The notes below the pieces were generated by a model. It did not search any database, had not been told where the DNA came from, and saw nothing but the letters and a program-made list of their open reading frames with translations. A stretch of 64,000 nucleotides of DNA from Oculina patagonica (Eukaryota), in contig NC_135770.1 of assembly GCF_052425735.1 (NCBI RefSeq), forward strand, positions 8,990,001-9,054,000, given 5' to 3'. Shown here one piece after another: positions 62,977-64,000 of this stretch. A program made the translations under genes and the position numbers. Within the stretch, counting starts at the first letter, position 1; each line of letters begins with the position of its first letter.

Positions 62977-63844
62977 CCTTTATTTAACCACGATCTGTTT
63001 TAAAGCAAATACATGCTTGAGGGGTCATGTGTACGTGTGACTAACTACCTACCTAAGAGAAATTAATATTACATTGTAATAAACTAAAATAAACGATATT
63101 ATATTTAAATAAGAATAAGATTTAAAATTGAAAATCACACATGTGTTTTGGAGTTGTCTGAATCGACAAACTGCCAAAATTAAGTTTTTTAAATATGGGG
63201 TCCATTCTCGTTTTTTTGCAAAACTGCTTGTGGTTGGTAGCGTTATTAAAGTAGCATGACACGAAATTCCATAAGACTGCACCTCTGTGCTGGATTGAGT
63301 TCTTTAAAAAGGACGTTGAAAATCGTGGGACAACCGCTTTTTTGTGTCCTCTTAAGTTGTAGGGTCCGTGTCTCCACGTTACTAAATCTGAAATCGTTTT
63401 AGGAATCTTTTCTTTTTTTGCTTAATAAATGAATCTACTCTTGTTGTCTGTAGAATTGATTATTTAGATCTATCCACTGAGCTTGCTGAGAGGGACAGCC
63501 ACTACAAAGCTAAGAGTGTCTATGAACCCGCTGCTTGTGCCTGCAAGAATCTCAAGATCTTTGGAGTGTCTATTCACCTGGATGAATTCCCAGAGGAATC
63601 AAGGACTATGCCTCAAGCCTCTGACTTTCCTCAATCACCTCCACCCTCCCCTGGTAGTGATTCATGTTCTCCACCCCTCCATCACCCCCACGGTCCTCTT
63701 GAAGGACTTTCATTGTCAGCTGAACAGTTCACCACCCCTCCCCTCTCAGGAAGTCTGCTACCACCAATCAAGATTGCAACATTTGCTGGCCACTCTGAAA
63801 TCAAACTGAAGCTAAAACAAAATGTTGCCGTTCCTGGGCCCAAG
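59355..63844 (+). CDS. ATG2: Autophagy-related protein 2, first five exons (continues beyond the window)
   Basis: Exons 59355-59522, 61207-61375, 62041-62199, 62719-62821 and 63454-63844 join in frame. Chorein-N start MPWFFPWSDFIKKRACRYLLQHYLGHFLQEKL, then MTTSMQLAQECL and FEGLESFAQTIESVLARVK. Confidence 0.95.
61433..61556. repeat. Foldback element
   Basis: AATAACTG..CCCTCGG..CAGTTAATTTTGTTTCCC arms around GCTTCGCCTTGG. Confidence 0.8.
62270..62560 (-). mobile_element. Degenerate tRNA-derived SINE
   Basis: CCATCGCAGGGTTACCCCC core and TCCAGCGCACTAACCATTA head. Another partial copy runs from ~63940 to the window end. Confidence 0.55.
62921..62975. repeat. (AAT)n microsatellite
   Basis: Interrupted AAT run. 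Confidence 0.9.
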
Positions 63845-64000
63845 GTGGGATTTGAAATGCTAAGAATTAAAAGCTGTAGTGTTTAATCAAACAATATAGG
63901 ATTTATAGAACTCCATCTTTATGGTGTGAGTCTGCGTTCCAGCTTAGTGACCCATCAGGGCCGAAGGTTATCCTGGTTTCTGTAGCATGAAGGGACTAGG

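Noticed and set aside
16247-64000. A functional sugar/stress gene cluster (trehalase, MFS transporter, sHSP, ATG2)
   Set aside because: Only adjacency supports it. The transporter substrate is unknown and no shared regulation is visible beyond the two divergent pairs.
1-64000. Remaining 60-120-aa ORFs in the track
   Set aside because: They lie in repeats or introns, or antisense to real exons, with no recognisable motifs or splice support.

Overview
AT-rich, intron-containing eukaryotic DNA. The gene content and repeat families look like a cnidarian, probably a stony coral (inference only). Genes reconstructed by hand from splice sites and reading frames, in order: two tandem NXPE/SGNH-like paralogues (+); a trehalase with an intronless CDS (-), head-to-head with ACBD3/GCP60 (+); two tandem MFSD6-like transporters (-), the second frameshifted; a two-domain small heat-shock protein (-) with TATA and HSE, head-to-head with the 5' part of ATG2 (+). 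The main find is a 6,800-bp DNA transposon (50908-57707) with ~350-bp TIRs and a perfect 6-bp TSD. It carries an intact 5-exon DDE integrase-type transposase and a convergent 5-exon RING-finger gene, and it sits in the probable 3' UTR of the heat-shock gene. Introns and intergenic DNA hold many nested MITEs, SINEs and foldback elements. One duplicated segment has lost almost only T residues, which is probably an artefact but is easy to check. All family names come from motif recognition, not database searches.
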